Notes: generated by a model from the sequence alone, not told the origin. Positions 44,788 to 59,334 are shown, counted from the stretch's first letter. The stretch: DNA of 64,000 nucleotides from Bugula neritina (GCA_964035545.1 OZ037770.1:10558263-10622262); one strand, 5' to 3'. Program-made: numbers and translations.

Positions 44788-47735
44788 GTTGATTGACCGT
44801 AGTTTTTTAGCTGGTGTAACCTTTTACCATTGGCCTAGTTATACTAGGCTGAAATGGCTAGAACTTTCCTCAGGATGTGAGCTTATCCTGATCCTAGTAA
44901 GGGTGTCTGCTGAATTAATGAGCATTTGTTTTCAGCTACTCCAAGTAGTGTCAGCCAGTCTACAATCTTGTATAAAGCTCCAAAGGCTCCAGTTACAACG
45001 GGATGACTTTTTTGATGTTTTCCAAAGGCGGGTTTATTCTAGTGCTAAATTCTGATATTTTCCTAACTTTTCGAATTTTTTTCTTTTACTCTGTAGTTAA
45101 CAGGGACTGTGATATCAATTATCGTTGTTTCAGCATTATGCTTGTCAACTACTAATATATCGGGTCTCCTAACTTTGATGACTACGTCAGTGTGTATGTT
45201 AAAATCTTACAAGGTTTTCACATTATCATTTTCCAGTACTTATTCTGCTTGATGGCCGTACCAATTCTTACTTTTCTGAAACCCACGAAGTTCACACAAC
45301 TACTATTGAAATTATCAATGCCAAAAGGTTGTGTTTTTTCTTATATTCTCCTTCTGCTACCTTCTCAAACTCACTCAATACGTGCATCGAAGTTTTGTCT
45401 CTTGCGTTACACATTCCACACTTCTTGCTACCCTGTTCTCTCATCATAGCCACTTTATAATTTCTAGTAGTGAATAGTTGATTTTGCGCAGCTGTCAGCA
45501 GTCCTTCTGTTTCCTTTTTCAGCCAACCATACTTCAACCAGTTCCAGGAAAATGCTTTCATGTCTTCCACCATTTTGATGTATTGACCACGTGAAGCTTT
45601 TCTTTACACTCATCAGTTCTTTCTATCACTTTATCATTATTTAGTTCTACCGCTGTTCTGTCTTTTAGGAAGGTATTCAGTGTGGTGTTTCTATCAGTCT
45701 ATGTTATATTTATGTAGTCTGACATGCTGCAGTTTTCAATCTTTATGCATTTTTCAGTTGACAACATTCTTCTACCGCCTTCCCTTCTGCTAAAATACAG
45801 CCTGCCTACATCTGCTCTCGGATAGGGTGCACGGTTTGTTGTCATTAGCTTCCTTGTCTTTCAGTCTATATTTTTTAGCTCATGAAACAGTTCAGTCAAG
45901 TATTCTAGCTGTGTAATGCACTGCTGTTACTGCCCATGTGTTTATTGCTTTGATTGTGTTCTCACCATTCAGTTTTGAATCCAGAACTTTTCTTATTTGT
46001 TTGTAGTACTCCTTGATCTTATTTTTCATTTCATATATTTGTATTCCATCAATCTCAAGAACTCCTAGATATTTATACGGCTTCTCACCCAGATCTTTGA
46101 TTACCTGTTCATCAGGCAAACTGATTCCTGTGTCCTTAATTTTCTTTCCCTTTCTCATAACCAGTGTGGCACATTTTTTAATCCAAATTTTATTTCTATA
46201 TTCTTTGTGAAGATCCCGGCAGTGTTTACCAAAGCTTCCAGTTCTGACTTTGATTTCCTATTTACCTTCAGGTCATCCACATATAGGAGATGGTTTGTTT
46301 TCTGTCTCGTCGAAATTTGCATCATTGAGCCGCTTCTGTCATGCGAATCGGTAGTTGGAGAAAAGGGATAGAGATAAAGAGTCTCCTTGGAAAATTCTTA
46401 GTTTGATCTTTATTTCTCCTATCTTTTCTTCCAGGTATTTCAGTTGTGTTTTCCAGGTTTCATGCTTTTTCTTATCAACCTTATGACATTAATTGCTATT
46501 CCAGTTGTTTGCATCGTTTCTAAGATCTAATTTCCTTGTCTTTACATATGCTGCAATTTGTTGCTAACTTTATTTAGTCATTCTGCATTGGTATTATTTT
46601 TAGTTGGCTGACCCCATATATTTTATCAGAATGCTTTTGATTTCCTTGTCAGGTGCCTCTTTAGATGTACGTATTCATTTCCTCGTAATTCTTGATAAAA
46701 GCGCTTATCATTGTAAACATTGTGTTCTGATTATATTGATCAACTCATTCTGTATATCTGTTTATCTTCTGGCTTACAGCTCTCAGGTTTTGCTTCAGTT
46801 TTTCAATCACTACACCACACTCTTTGTTCTTTATCCTATATTTTTCTTCAACCATTCTTCTCAATGAATCATTGTAAGCTCTACTTTTTCACTCTGCTAT
46901 TTTACTTAAGTCTGATCTAATTTCTTTTTATTTCTTCTGCAGTCGTATTTTCCATACTTGTACATTGTCAGTTTTTCTTTTTCCTTTTTGTTACACACTT
47001 GTTCTGTTACTATTTTTCGCACAAGCCATGGTGGTGTTATTAAGCTCAATGGTATTAATAATCTCAACACAGTTTAGCACATCATTAATCTGTTTTACTG
47101 CCTGTAGTAATTTGACCCTCTCAATGTGCCTAAGGGCTCTTAGTGTTGGTCGATCATTAGATAGTTTGTTATGCTCATTTATAATTTTTCTACTAACACT
47201 TTTTCTACCTCTGAACTAGGTACTCTTAAAATTCTCATGGCTGATTTATATGCTATCTCATGTTGTACTATAACATCCTCTATTTGCAAATTTAGCTCTT
47301 CATTATCTTCTTCACCAATTGATGTGCCTAGTTCTTGCAAGGTTCCTTCTTCAATCTTATGGAGTTCTTCTTCCATAAAATGCTTGTGTTTCTTCATAGT
47401 TCTTGCTTAATCCGCTAGTCTCTATTTGCTGATGTTAAACTCTCCTCTGTTTTCCAGCGTTTGCACATTCTTTTTAAATAATTCTTTGATCCGGGTCTAC
47501 AGAGCTCATACATTGTTTTTCTATAACCTCTCAATTTGGGTGTACTTTTGAAGCAGCATTTCATGACAACTTTGTTGTCTTCTCTTGAGTATCTTCTTTT
47601 AGTTGTGCCATTAACGGGTTGACGGCCGTAGGTTGCCTGGCCCTCCACATACCCATTGCCAGACGAGACATGCCATGTTTAGTTAGACATACCATTAACG
47701 TCGTTGGCTTTATTAGTTCTATTTTAATGGATCAT
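44788..47735 (-). mobile_element. Degenerate R4/Dong-like non-LTR retrotransposon (RT + CCHC + restriction-like endonuclease), internally deleted
   Basis: Minus-strand motifs: RIFQGDSLS (~46400), NHLLYVDDLK (~46290), YKYLG, KAINTWAV, WLK.G.LKKETEGLLTAAQNQ, a decayed C..C...H zinc knuckle, RRPDILVVDK...IIDITVP (~45110-45170) and AHILRKVL. There is a 3'UTR hairpin gcctagt-ata-actaggc and an (AAT)n tail, with many stops and frameshifts. Confidence 0.9.
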
Positions 47736-48637
47736 ATTATTATTTTTAATTATTATTATTATCACTATCAGTAGCAAATAAATAATTTTATATTTGTTAT
47801 TAGTTACTACTTATAAAAATTGAGTGCCACAGCTTGAGGGTTATAAAGTCAGTCTTAGTCAATGTAATGGGGATGCTGATACTGACATTTGGCTTTGAGC
47901 TCATAGTTAAATTGCTAACAACTATACCTAAGGATAACAGGAGTATTAAAATGTTAATTTATAAGGATTATAACCTTAGAGTGGAGATATTATTCTCAAT
48001 TTATTTAGTTTTTACTTTACTAACTTTTATTTTATTCATCAACCTTACTGTCTATTTAAATAGCAAACTAAAGAATAATTATGAAGGCCTTTGAATTGAA
48101 GTACTTTTCTGTAGCTGATTAGATTTCAAGTATTAAAATAACATACTAAGACAGAATACCATTATATGAGCTAGATTAATAAAGTAAAGAAGATTTCTTT
48201 GTTAATCAAAATATAGGTGTCACATATGCCTATTTTTAAGATTATGTTCTTATATGTGCTGTCTTTTTAATATTTTTAAAGTGCTACATTTTGAGGGTAG
48301 CCTACATCAATATGACTGCCCTGTAATTGCTTGTCAACTATAAGAGTTAGACCTATAAACTGTCTCATTTTCAAATTATCTTTACTTTTCTAATTGATGT
48401 TAACATGACTATTCCTATTAGTATTTTGGTGTTTACCATTAGTAATGTTTGAAGTAACATCAATATCATTGTTAATTTGTCTAATTATTCAAATTTTAAT
48501 ATTCATCATTTGTGAACAGTAATAAAATTTTGTCTTTCTTAAATTAATGTGATGCTAGATTAGCTACTCTAGCAAGTGTGTATTGTGCAATGAGTACTAA
48601 TGCCATATTTTTGCACTTCTTGTTCTATATAATTTAG

Positions 48638-50639
48638 ATTTAAGGTAACAATTCCTAAAGCTATCACATAATGCTGCTATCAGTTATAAAGATGTCACTG
48701 ATCTAAACATTGAAAACCAGCTGAGTGCATGCAAGGTTGAAAACTTATTTTCTCTGGTTAGGTAAGTAGAAAGGTATTTGCTGTAATTTACAACTATTTT
48801 GTTTTCAACATCCTTGATGTTCATCTCTAAAAGATAAGTAGCACATAATGATACCTGTTTTACTTAGCAGAAGAAATTATTGTCAAAGCTCTATTACTAC
48901 ATTTTAAATTGTATGACACTCTTTTGACTACATTTGATTTCATATCTCAAATAATTATATTTCTGACTCATGAAACTGTAACCACACACTTGAGAACAAA
49001 ATAAATAATGATATGGAAGCTTTCTTTAACTTTGTCAATTTAGTCAACAGCCAATGACTGAAAACATGTTTTGTACACTATTGATTGCCTCTCTATTTCC
49101 GCTATAAGGCAGAAATTTTAATCTCAAAATTTAAGACACTGGCAATTCTTCCCAATAATACGTTGTTCAAAACAAATATTTTTTGCCAAGTAATATAGTA
49201 TTTAATTATATTTTTTAGTCAAAGAAATTTGTTTGGTTTCTTGTGTCATCTTGAATAGGTTGTTATTCATTATCTTTTTTTTCGTGTTATGGCTATGAGT
49301 GTATATAACCTTTGCTGACAGGTTTTTCCCCCATCACTATATGTTTCTCTGTTTACTCTCTAACAGTTTTATTTCTGTTCATTTTTTAGAGTTTACTAAA
49401 ATGACATGGGTGTGCTTTGTTGTGGCTCCTAATTGAGCGCATCCGTTGAGATTATTGGAAGTTTTGTTGAAACTGAGCTGAGGCCTCTTACTCCTAAAGG
49501 CAAGAATTTGAGTCATCTTAGCTACTTGTAGCATATCAACATCGAACAGCACCATTCCACTACTCTAAGCTTAAGGTTTTGGCTGCATTAGATCAACAGG
49601 TAAGTTTAATAGTTTGTATTTCGTACACTATTTCATGATGTCTGTTCAGCATTTACTTGGTAGCACACATTTATAGATTTTGCATTCTTTTAGTTTTTTG
49701 CAGTACAACTTTTCTACGCAACTATTACACTGTTGTTGCTGTTAATTGTAGTTTATTCTGCTTGACCATGCAATTATTGAATTATGTTGCAAAGGTGATT
49801 GAGTCCTTTTATTTAATTTAGTACACACTGGAAATCTGCAGTTTTTAGCCATTTTTACATTTTAGCTGCTAATGAACAATGCTTTTTGCTTAAAATTAGT
49901 GAGACATCAAGAAATACACCTAAATAATCAAGGTTCTTCTTAATTTTGCATGATTTCTCATGTTTTTTCCTATTTATTCATTTCATTTGGATTGCCTACT
50001 GTTACAAACTAACCGTGGCGATCCCCAGTCAGAAGTTGCTGTAATTAGAAAAAAAGCATAGGAAATCAAAGAAAATTAAAAAGAGCCTTGATTATTTAGG
50101 TGTATTTATTGATATTTTTTTAGTTTCGGGCCAAAACTCATGTTCATTAGCAAAAACTTGAGATCTTCAGTATGTACTAACTTAAATAAAATGAACCAAT
50201 TGCAGTAGATTTCTGCATTTTCTAATACTTCTTAAATTTATACCTAAAATAGTGCTGTCTTAAGAAAATGACACTAGCTGCTGTTTTCATGTATGTGCCC
50301 CAATTGTATATAATGCTGTTGATTTGTTTAGTGCTTTTTCTATTTGTTTGTTATATAACTTTTCTTTTATGGTTGTTGCCAGCACCTAAAGCATTATTCA
50401 TTATATAGTGTCAATTAATTTCTACTCACAGTTTTACTGTTACATAGTTTATAAAGCCCTTGTGTCAACTTTTCTAGATATCCTGGTTAAAATTGTTCTA
50501 CTTGATGAATGGCATAGGGCATATGCAATAGCAAAACAGTTGCAGGCTGTTTTGGAAAAAAAATTGTGCATATAACCTTTATTTTATACATGTTATTTAG
50601 GCTTTGGTAGAACTGTTGGAGAGCCTTCCTCTTGAATAA
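48638..50639 (+). pseudogene. Decayed three-exon gene fragment of unknown family
   Basis: Exon-like segments 48638-48761 and 49390-49599 (both ending in GTAAGT donors) and 50601-50639. They give a protein-like reading (..ENQLSACKVENLFSLV..VETELRPLTPKG..VLAALDQQ|ALVELLESLPLE*) interrupted by stops and a frameshift. Confidence 0.45.
49806..50195. mobile_element. Foldback/MITE with ~150-bp imperfect inverted arms
   Basis: aaatacacctaaataatcaagg pairs with ccttgattatttaggtgtattt, gctaatgaaca with tgttcattagc, and ttttatttaatttagtaca with tgtactaacttaaataaaa. Confidence 0.8.
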
Positions 50640-53600
50640 AGCTACTCAACTTCCCGGATTCTACTTTATTGACATTAACCCACTACCTACAAAACGCCTT
50701 GAAATTTAGCTAATAAATTATGTATTTTGTGATTTTTTTTAAATGTACAATGTTATGTATAAATTACAATCAGTTTATATATATATACATGTCTTTTACT
50801 ACTTAGTATTACGGTGTAAAAAGCATTTCAGGGTTAACAATTTAATTAATTGGCCCAAACAGTAATTATGTATAATACAGATTTGCAGATGCTTTAAATG
50901 AACCCAAAAAGCTGATGTTGTTAAACAGTGTACAAAATAGTCACCTCATATCAGCCAGACATGCTTAGTCATTACCTAGCATTAAAATCATATTATGAAT
51001 GCAGTCAAGTTTTGATATGCATCCCTATTATTGATAGTTTGTGAACCAGCAATTAAATATCAAGAAGCAATATTACTAACCAATGTGCTGGTTAAAGAGT
51101 TTCAAGTTGTAGTTATAGTATCAAACTATTATAATGGCATAAAAACTATCAGTTAAAACATCTTATTAATATTTACTACAGGAATACATATTATAGGTGT
51201 GCTAAAAATCTGGTAGAAGCATCAATTATTTTAGATGTTTTGGATTTAGTATCTCTGTACTATAATGTAATATACAGAACATCAGGTGCTGTCTCCACAG
51301 TGCATTGATGGCACTAATGAATATTAATACATGCAGGCAGTGTTGGTAATGATTTATTGAAATAGGAGTTTAAAAACTGTTTAAACAACAATGAAAAGCC
51401 TGAGATTAGTCCAAGGAGAGGGGTATTTCAAGCTAGCAGATGAGCAATATAGATGCGAAAGTCTTGCCTAAAAATCATTATTGTTATATCTAGTCATTAA
51501 TTTCTTGCAATAGATCTATTTCACTATTGAGAAGAACAAAATTAGCTAGTAAACACTGTAATAGAGTCAAGGCACTTTGGCAGTGCTAGTTTAAAATAAA
51601 CCTGGGATAGTCGAATAGCAGAAGTACTTTTTGATGCATAATATAATTATGTACAGCTTAAGATTTTGCAATACTGTGTTTTCAGTGCGATATTAATTTC
51701 AATAGCTACATTAAAATAATGTACAATTCTAGCAAGTGATGCAAAATCTTCTAAGATGCTATGACTGTAGCAGTTTGCTACTAGTCTCAAGTAACAAACC
51801 AAATAGCCTTTCTTTGTGCCATCATCCAAATGCCAAACAAATAACTCATTCACTCTGTAACAACAAGGTGGTCTCCCAAGTAGATTGTTAGACATTTCAG
51901 GCATTAATAACCAAAAGCTTTTCACTTTGGCATAATTGTATAGTTACCCAGCTAAATAAATAATGTATTCATGGTATTGTAATTCCAAGCCATGCATTTA
52001 TCTGTGAATGCAGCTAAGTATTTAATACGGCCATATATTTATGTACTATGTAGCAATGCCTAATGTAGCTGTCAAGCTTCTACTTATACTCATTTTACTG
52101 ATGCTTTACTTCTGATTACATGATTACAAACATAGCAGTTCAAACAAAATTATTTTAGATAGGAATAAATATAATGCTCCTAGCAAATGTTGTAAAACTA
52201 TTTTCCAAAAACATATACTTTGCAAAAAAACTTTTCAGAAAGTTATAATGCATTTATCATATTATTGTTTCATTTAAAAGTTATAATGATAGAATATTAT
52301 ACTTAAAACACACTCAAATTTTTAGATTCTTGTAATATTGTTAAACAAGAGTTAACAGTAAGATTGGCTGTAGAGTAGAATGTTTAGCTGTTTGTACTGA
52401 AGCTAACAAGTAACTGGCATTAAAAAGAGATGTAGATAAAAAGTGACAGAATAACAACTGGCTTGTATATTGGTAGTGCAAAAAGCTGTATATAACAGTT
52501 TAAACAAATACCCATTAGAATAAATGGTAACCCAGTACTTAAAATGTGGTATGTCATAATACATATTTGTGGTGTATTGACTAGGCTAGATCAACACATA
52601 GCACTATATAATTGCTTTAGTATTTACAATTAGTTTGTGGTCTGGTGGAATTTGTTGATAGCCATTGTCTTTATTAACATAACAGTTTCATAAAATTAGC
52701 AGTTTTCCTTATTCACCTAGTTAATTTTTAAGATTTATGTACAATATTTACATATTAGGATATAAAAAATATCTTCAACCAGTGAATATCAAAATAATGA
52801 TTAAAGACATATTTTATGTCATATTTTTGTGGCAATCTAAATAATAAGCTGGTCTAAATTGTACTTGTGCAAACAGAACCAGCTCATGAATATATGTTGT
52901 CTTTTTTTAACTTGACAGTTAATTTAATATGGATGTGTATTTTATACCTGCTTTTGTGTTTAAGGTGATAAAATTGCACTGGTAAGGTAAATAAACATTG
53001 CTTGTTTGACGTGCTTTTACGTGGCATTGCATATTATGCTAAACTAATGGCCAGTTTTGCAGTAGCTTCACCATAACCTTCAAAAGAATGCAAATATCAT
53101 CTAATTATTGTAAGCTTTTTAAGTTAATTTGTCTAGCTATAAACACATGTAAAACTATTAGGCTACTCCAATTTCACGATATACATAGCTCTATAATTCT
53201 GAAAAACTGCTAGGTAGAGTGGAAATTAAACATGATCTATTCATTGCTAAAGTATTACAGCTATGAATAATATATATGTGATTACCTGAGTGACATCACA
53301 ATCTTCACTTGCTAAGTTAGTTTAAATACAGGAAAAAAAATTAATCTGGAGAAAGATTATATATGAGAAGCTGTTTTTGTAATAATTTCCTGCTCTAGGG
53401 TGATTTAGAAGAATTGTTTTAATGCAAAACTTTTGCATACATGAGTTGAATAAAATCATTGAGAGTTTTATGAAGGTCTATTTGTGTATAGGTAGCCCTA
53501 ATGCATGTCACAACTCAAGTTTTTAGATTTTATGTAATTTGTGGTGCAAAGTTGCAAATAAAAACCTTATTTTAATAATACTTAGACATATGCAAGCAAT

Positions 53601-55995
53601 AAAGATAATGACAAAAATGCTATAGTTGCTAATTAGCTAATATTACTTGCATATGATGCAAATATTTGTATGCATGCATGTTTAGTTTATTAGCATTGGT
53701 TAGATATAATTGAATATATAGATTTGATGTGGAAATTGAAGAAAATCAATATGTTGTGTTCTATATACAACAACAGTTTTTACATTGGTTTGTTAAGTAC
53801 TTCATAAATCATTTATTACTTCATGCAATATTTGTTCCTGCAACTTTGCAGAGTGGCAAAACGCATTTCAAAGACATATATTAAGTGATTTTAATTATAC
53901 TAGAATTTTCAAACCAAGAATTTTTGGGGAGTTTTCTTCTTCCTAAGACATATGTGGCAATTGAACACATAATAAGTTGTAGGCCACAACTCCTTTATAC
54001 AACCTTGCAAGAAATTATGCAGCCATTTAAATAGAAAAGGAATTATTGAATTTATTTATTCAACATTATTAGTATTTTATAAATATTTGTTGCATTTAAT
54101 TAATGAGCATAAAATTTGTTTTACAAATACTGTAATTAACAGCATGGTAAAAATATATTATATATACTGGTATATATTTTGTATTGTATTAGATTTAGGC
54201 TACATTGCAAGACATTTATAATTAAAATGAGTTAATGCATGGCTAAGTTTAAATATCTTCGACTTATAGATTACATTTTTATGTGCTATAAAAATTTAAC
54301 TCGTTTGTTACGACATTTCTCCACGCATAAAAGCAAAACTTACGGCAAGAAATCCTTAGCTAGAAAGATAAATAATAATTTACTTTAATTACATCAAAAG
54401 CTAATATCAGCAAGCATTCTATATAAATAATGGGAATTTGCCTAGTGTAATTTTTCTTAAACTAGCTAAGCTTGCTTGGTACTTTAATAAGTTTATTGGC
54501 ATAGTGTATTATGTTATACTTATATATTTTTAAGACTTTAAGGAAAATGATGTTTTAGCTGCGTTATTCCTAATGCAAGCCTTATAAATTTACAATATAT
54601 ACTAAAATATTATATTTGTAATTAGAAAGAAAACAAATTACTTTCATAAACTTATAATTATTGCATTCTGTTATTGTTAATGCTAGAATAACAAATTGAA
54701 CACGGCATATGCTTCCCTAACCAGATGCTTTTAAACGGATTAAAAATAATTTGTCAATTTCTAATTATGAGGAACAAACTCCTCGGTAGTTTCTACATTT
54801 GCGCATGATTTTATCAAGATAGGCTTGCTTTTGTGTCAACCTGTAGCCAGTGCAACTATACTTTATGTAACGAGTAAAACAGACTCATTTCAAAGTACAC
54901 AGTCTAAAGGGTAGGAATTACTACAAAGAAAAGTGCCGGTTAAAAGTTAATTATAATTGGAAATAAGGTGAAATATCAGTCAGAAATTAAAAAGTGTCAA
55001 CTAAAAAGGTGTATTGTTATTTCTTTTTGGCTTAATGAAAATGTTTTTTGAGGAAGAAGTACGAGAAACATCTAGGAGGGGTTCATATCCACCACTGGCG
55101 ACAACCTGTTTATTGATGAAGAACTATCCAATGATAGTATAGTATTATGGTCTTTTGCCTTATAATTGGCTTTGATTTTTTTATGTCTAATTACGAGATA
55201 CTAAACAGATGCAAAGTATGTTGTGCATAGGCAGTTTTTTTATGTCTCTAAACAACATTCTAGGAAAATATATACTGAATTCTGCACATCATGCACAGTA
55301 TATATCTGGTAAAAGGTTTATTCTGAAGACTATTGCAAGCTACTTCGAATGCACATTTAACAAATTTATGATAGTTGAAGGTAAATTAAAGTGAATTATA
55401 ATTGAAAGGCCCCAGTCTCAGAAAAGATCTATCTTTATTGCTTTGTTTTTAATTGGATACAATGTAACAGGAAGTTTTTTGAAAGATATTAGAGTCAAAC
55501 ATAATTAAGCTGCGTAATTAAAACTAATAAATTTAAAACGAACAAACGGCAAAGGTCTATGTTATTTAAAGCTGCAAAGTTCTTCATTAAAGATTCATAT
55601 GATTTTGAGAGCATAACTTCTGGGATGGTGAAGTCAAGGTCAGCGGACCGTCTATGGATGAAGTATGTTGCGGGTACAAATAGGGGCCTCCTTGCTGTAT
55701 TGATTGGCCGGGGTTTTTTATCCTATAGAAAGTCAGGCTGCATGTCTCCTTACTAGCTTCAAGCTATCGAGCAGTACCCTTTTGCTTCTTATTTTTGTAC
55801 TTCTTCGTTTTCCTTAGCTTAGCTTAGGATTTTTAATTTTTTCTTCTATATTTACTATTAGAAGCAATAAATTGAAACTAACAACAACAAAAGTATGATT
55901 GTGCTGCAGTATACTCATTCGATCCTATAATTATTTTTGTGATCAAATAATTCAAATAAAGAATAAACTGTATAAATTGAATGTTTATTTTGTAG

Positions 55996-56749
55996 CCCAT
56001 CTTCACTGGTTGGATTGTGCTAGAAGTTTGTAAGGTTTCAATTGTTCTGCTGGCAGTGAGCATAATGATATGGTGAGTCTTCCTAAATTGATTGCAACTA
56101 TAGCTATTTATATCACACTATAATAATAAAGTATCAGATACTATATAAGAATATACTTAGTTTATCTGCTAATAAAAAAAAACATCGACAAATAATAACT
56201 CTAAGAAAGATCCAATATTTTTGTAATAGATGCAGAAAAATTTTTTTCATGATGAATTTAGCAAATTCCATTACAGTTTTGTTGTCATAAGGTTGTATTT
56301 TTATTGCAAAAATAATATTGCCACAATTAGACAATAATTGGCAGTAAGAATTAGCTTATTAAAATCAAGAGGTGCATTTTAAGGTAAAAAACTGAAGTTT
56401 TCACAATAATTTTTGTACAAATATTCCTTAGAGTATATCAAATTATTTGTCAATAAATTATAATGCATTCACAACAACTGTTGCCATTTACATATACTGT
56501 ATGCACATGGTGTACAAGCAATTACTGCATGTTTAAACTTAACCCATATTGTATGTTTATTGGTATATTAATTATTATATTGATTGATATATTGGCAAAT
56601 GTATTGGTTTTTGTATTGATTTCATTAGTAATATCAGTGAATCAAAATACTTAATCTCAGTTTTTCCTTGTTTTCTTTTTAGTGATATGTGTAGTGAGCG
56701 AGATAAACATTTGAGGGAAAAAGATGGCATGCAGGTGGAGGCTTCTTGA
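55996..56749 (+). other. Candidate terminal two exons of a membrane protein gene (possibly a third, decayed MS4A-like copy)
   Basis: Exons 55996-56072 (ag|..|gtgagt) and 56683-56749 join in frame: PIFTGWIVLEVCKVSIVLLAVSIMICDMCSERDKHLREKDGMQVEAS*. Upstream exons could not be resolved. Confidence 0.4.
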
Positions 56750-57012
56750 AAGTACTAGAATGAGAGACTTTGCAAGGATGGAAAGATTTTTTGTTTCTAT
56801 AATAGTGAATTTTGAGCTTAATTGACTCTATAGATATAAATAATTCAGGATTTTTGAGAAATAAATCCTTTGCAAAACTTGTATTACCATTTTTTTATTC
56901 CATTCTTTGTTTATTATTATATGCTTACAAAAAGTCTTTAAATGTGTATTATACTGCTTTTGTAAAGTTTAGCATGAAGTCATTTAATATGACTAACATG
57001 TAATTCTTCTAG

Positions 57013-57123
<111 letters not shown>

Positions 57124-59334
57124 AAAATGTAAAAAAATTCAACTAAATGTCCTGTAAAAATGCATTTTTGCTCTAATCTTTACTTGTTCAAATTTAATAA
57201 CAAGCAAGCTAAAATGAAAAATGCTTAATTAGTGAAGTTTTAGTGCATAAACTATGTAGGTCTTAGATAAGCAGTGTATCTATAATTAACTTATGAAAAA
57301 TAATATTTGAACCATCTGATATTGATACTAACATAGAACCAGATTTTGCTTATTAACTTAATTGTTTGTTATAATAATTAATTATTATTGCCTATAACTA
57401 CAACACTTGCGTTACTACTGCAGACCTGTAACTGATATTATAGACTAAATCACTTTGACCACAGCAATAAACATTTTGGAAGTGTTTTTGAGATTTATTG
57501 AATATAATTACACTCAATTGACAAGAGTTATATTCTTGTTATCACTCTGCAGTTATAGTGCATGTATGTTTTCTTACTTACATTTCATTTGTTCAATTGA
57601 GCAAAAAGGCACATGCAAACGTTAAAAGCTGAAACTTAAAAGAATTCATTCTTTGTAAAAATATTTTCTTTTTGAATTTATTAGATAATATATGGTTCAC
57701 TGTTCTTTAATCTGCATGTGATTATTGCATAATTATGGCACTATGGTGTTTACGATGTTTTTCCCAATCTTCTTTTATTAGATATGAGAAGATAACTCTA
57801 AGACATGTATACAAAAAGTGGTTGAATATATCATAGAAAGCATCTAACTTTAAATTTCTAGTTCAAAATTGATTCTGCTTAGCACAACTGTATAAGTAAT
57901 GAGAATATTATGATATAATGCTTCCTCCTGCTACATGTTTAAAAAAGTATATAAAAAGAGAGATTTGTAAATAGCTAGTTTCTTCATTTGGCTATAGTGA
58001 ACAGACAACTCACAACAACTTAATTTTTTTGCTTCTTAGTCTTTCAAAAAGCACAAGTAGTAGACTTTAGTAAAGTATAATAAATCAACATACTCATAAC
58101 AATTTAGTAATATTTTGAGCAAATCTACATTTAGTTGCTATGGTTTCAGTCTGTGAAGATCTATACTTTGACACATAAGTTTCTGATTTAAATATGCTTT
58201 GTACCTAGGAGATTAGCCAATGAAATTACTATTCAACACATTATATGTTCCTCAGCAATACCTATACACAGTGCTTGTTAACAAGAATTATATTCTACTA
58301 ATTGTGCAGGTCAATGTTTGCTCTTTGATAGATCATAACCTTTTTTTATATTTTAGTTATGAAGGTTACTGCCAGCCACAATGCGGAAGGCTCAAAGAGT
58401 GAAAAAAGGAGAATGCATTCTATTTTAGACCTATATAGGTAATTTCAGGCAGTAAAATGCAGCTGTAAAAAATAACTCTTAAGTTTTTTGGTCATAAAAA
58501 ACCAATATTATGATGGCAGTAAAATAGAACTTAATAGAGTGTCTTGCCCCATGTATACTCTTCACATGCAGCCAATCGAATCCGTACATATTAGCTCACC
58601 AGAGTAGGTGAACATTGGTGATCACTGCCACTCACTGACTCCCGTCGAGAGGAATAGATATACTGATACTCTTAATACAGTCATATGTCTTAGTTTCATT
58701 ACCTATTATTTTCTCCCCTGTCTAATATACATGTTCATGTTTCTTATAGGTATATTTTTCAGTCAACCAGTTTCATATGCCATGTTTCTATGAAATACCA
58801 CATCGTATGTTTTCTTTACGCTATAATGATTAGCAAGTACTGAAATGACCTCTCTTGTAGAATCTCCAAACTCAATGCAATTGTTGTTTATAACAGATCT
58901 GGCTTTCTGATAGCAAAGTCAACCAATAGGTGATTGATAATCTATCAATACCAAAATATCACATTATATGTTTTAATGCACCTGTTTATTTGGAAGTTGA
59001 CAAAAAGCACATGCAGCATATTATAACAGAAAGTTAAAAAGATTCATTTATTGTATTAATATATAATTTACTGTTTATTTAATTATAATGTAATTGTGAT
59101 AGAGTGTGTGATAGCATGCTTAAGCATTCAAGCAAGTTTAGATTGACCAACTCTAACATTTAGGTAAGCAACTATATAGTATATTATTATCTATATGATC
59201 AAAATAAAAAGAACTGGTAATATTTTTAAAAGAGTTATAGTATTGTAAAGTAATATTAAAAGATATAACAAAGGATTACATTTGCCCAAGTAAAGCATCT
59301 GCTATATATACACACAGGCAGTGACTAAAATGAC

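Noticed and set aside
44690-47410. Several + strand ORFs over the retrotransposon
   Set aside because: They are antisense shadows of the minus-strand retroelement ORF.
55559-55800. GC-richer stretch with ORF 55559-55756
   Set aside because: No recognisable motif or splice context. It may be a transposon remnant but cannot be supported.
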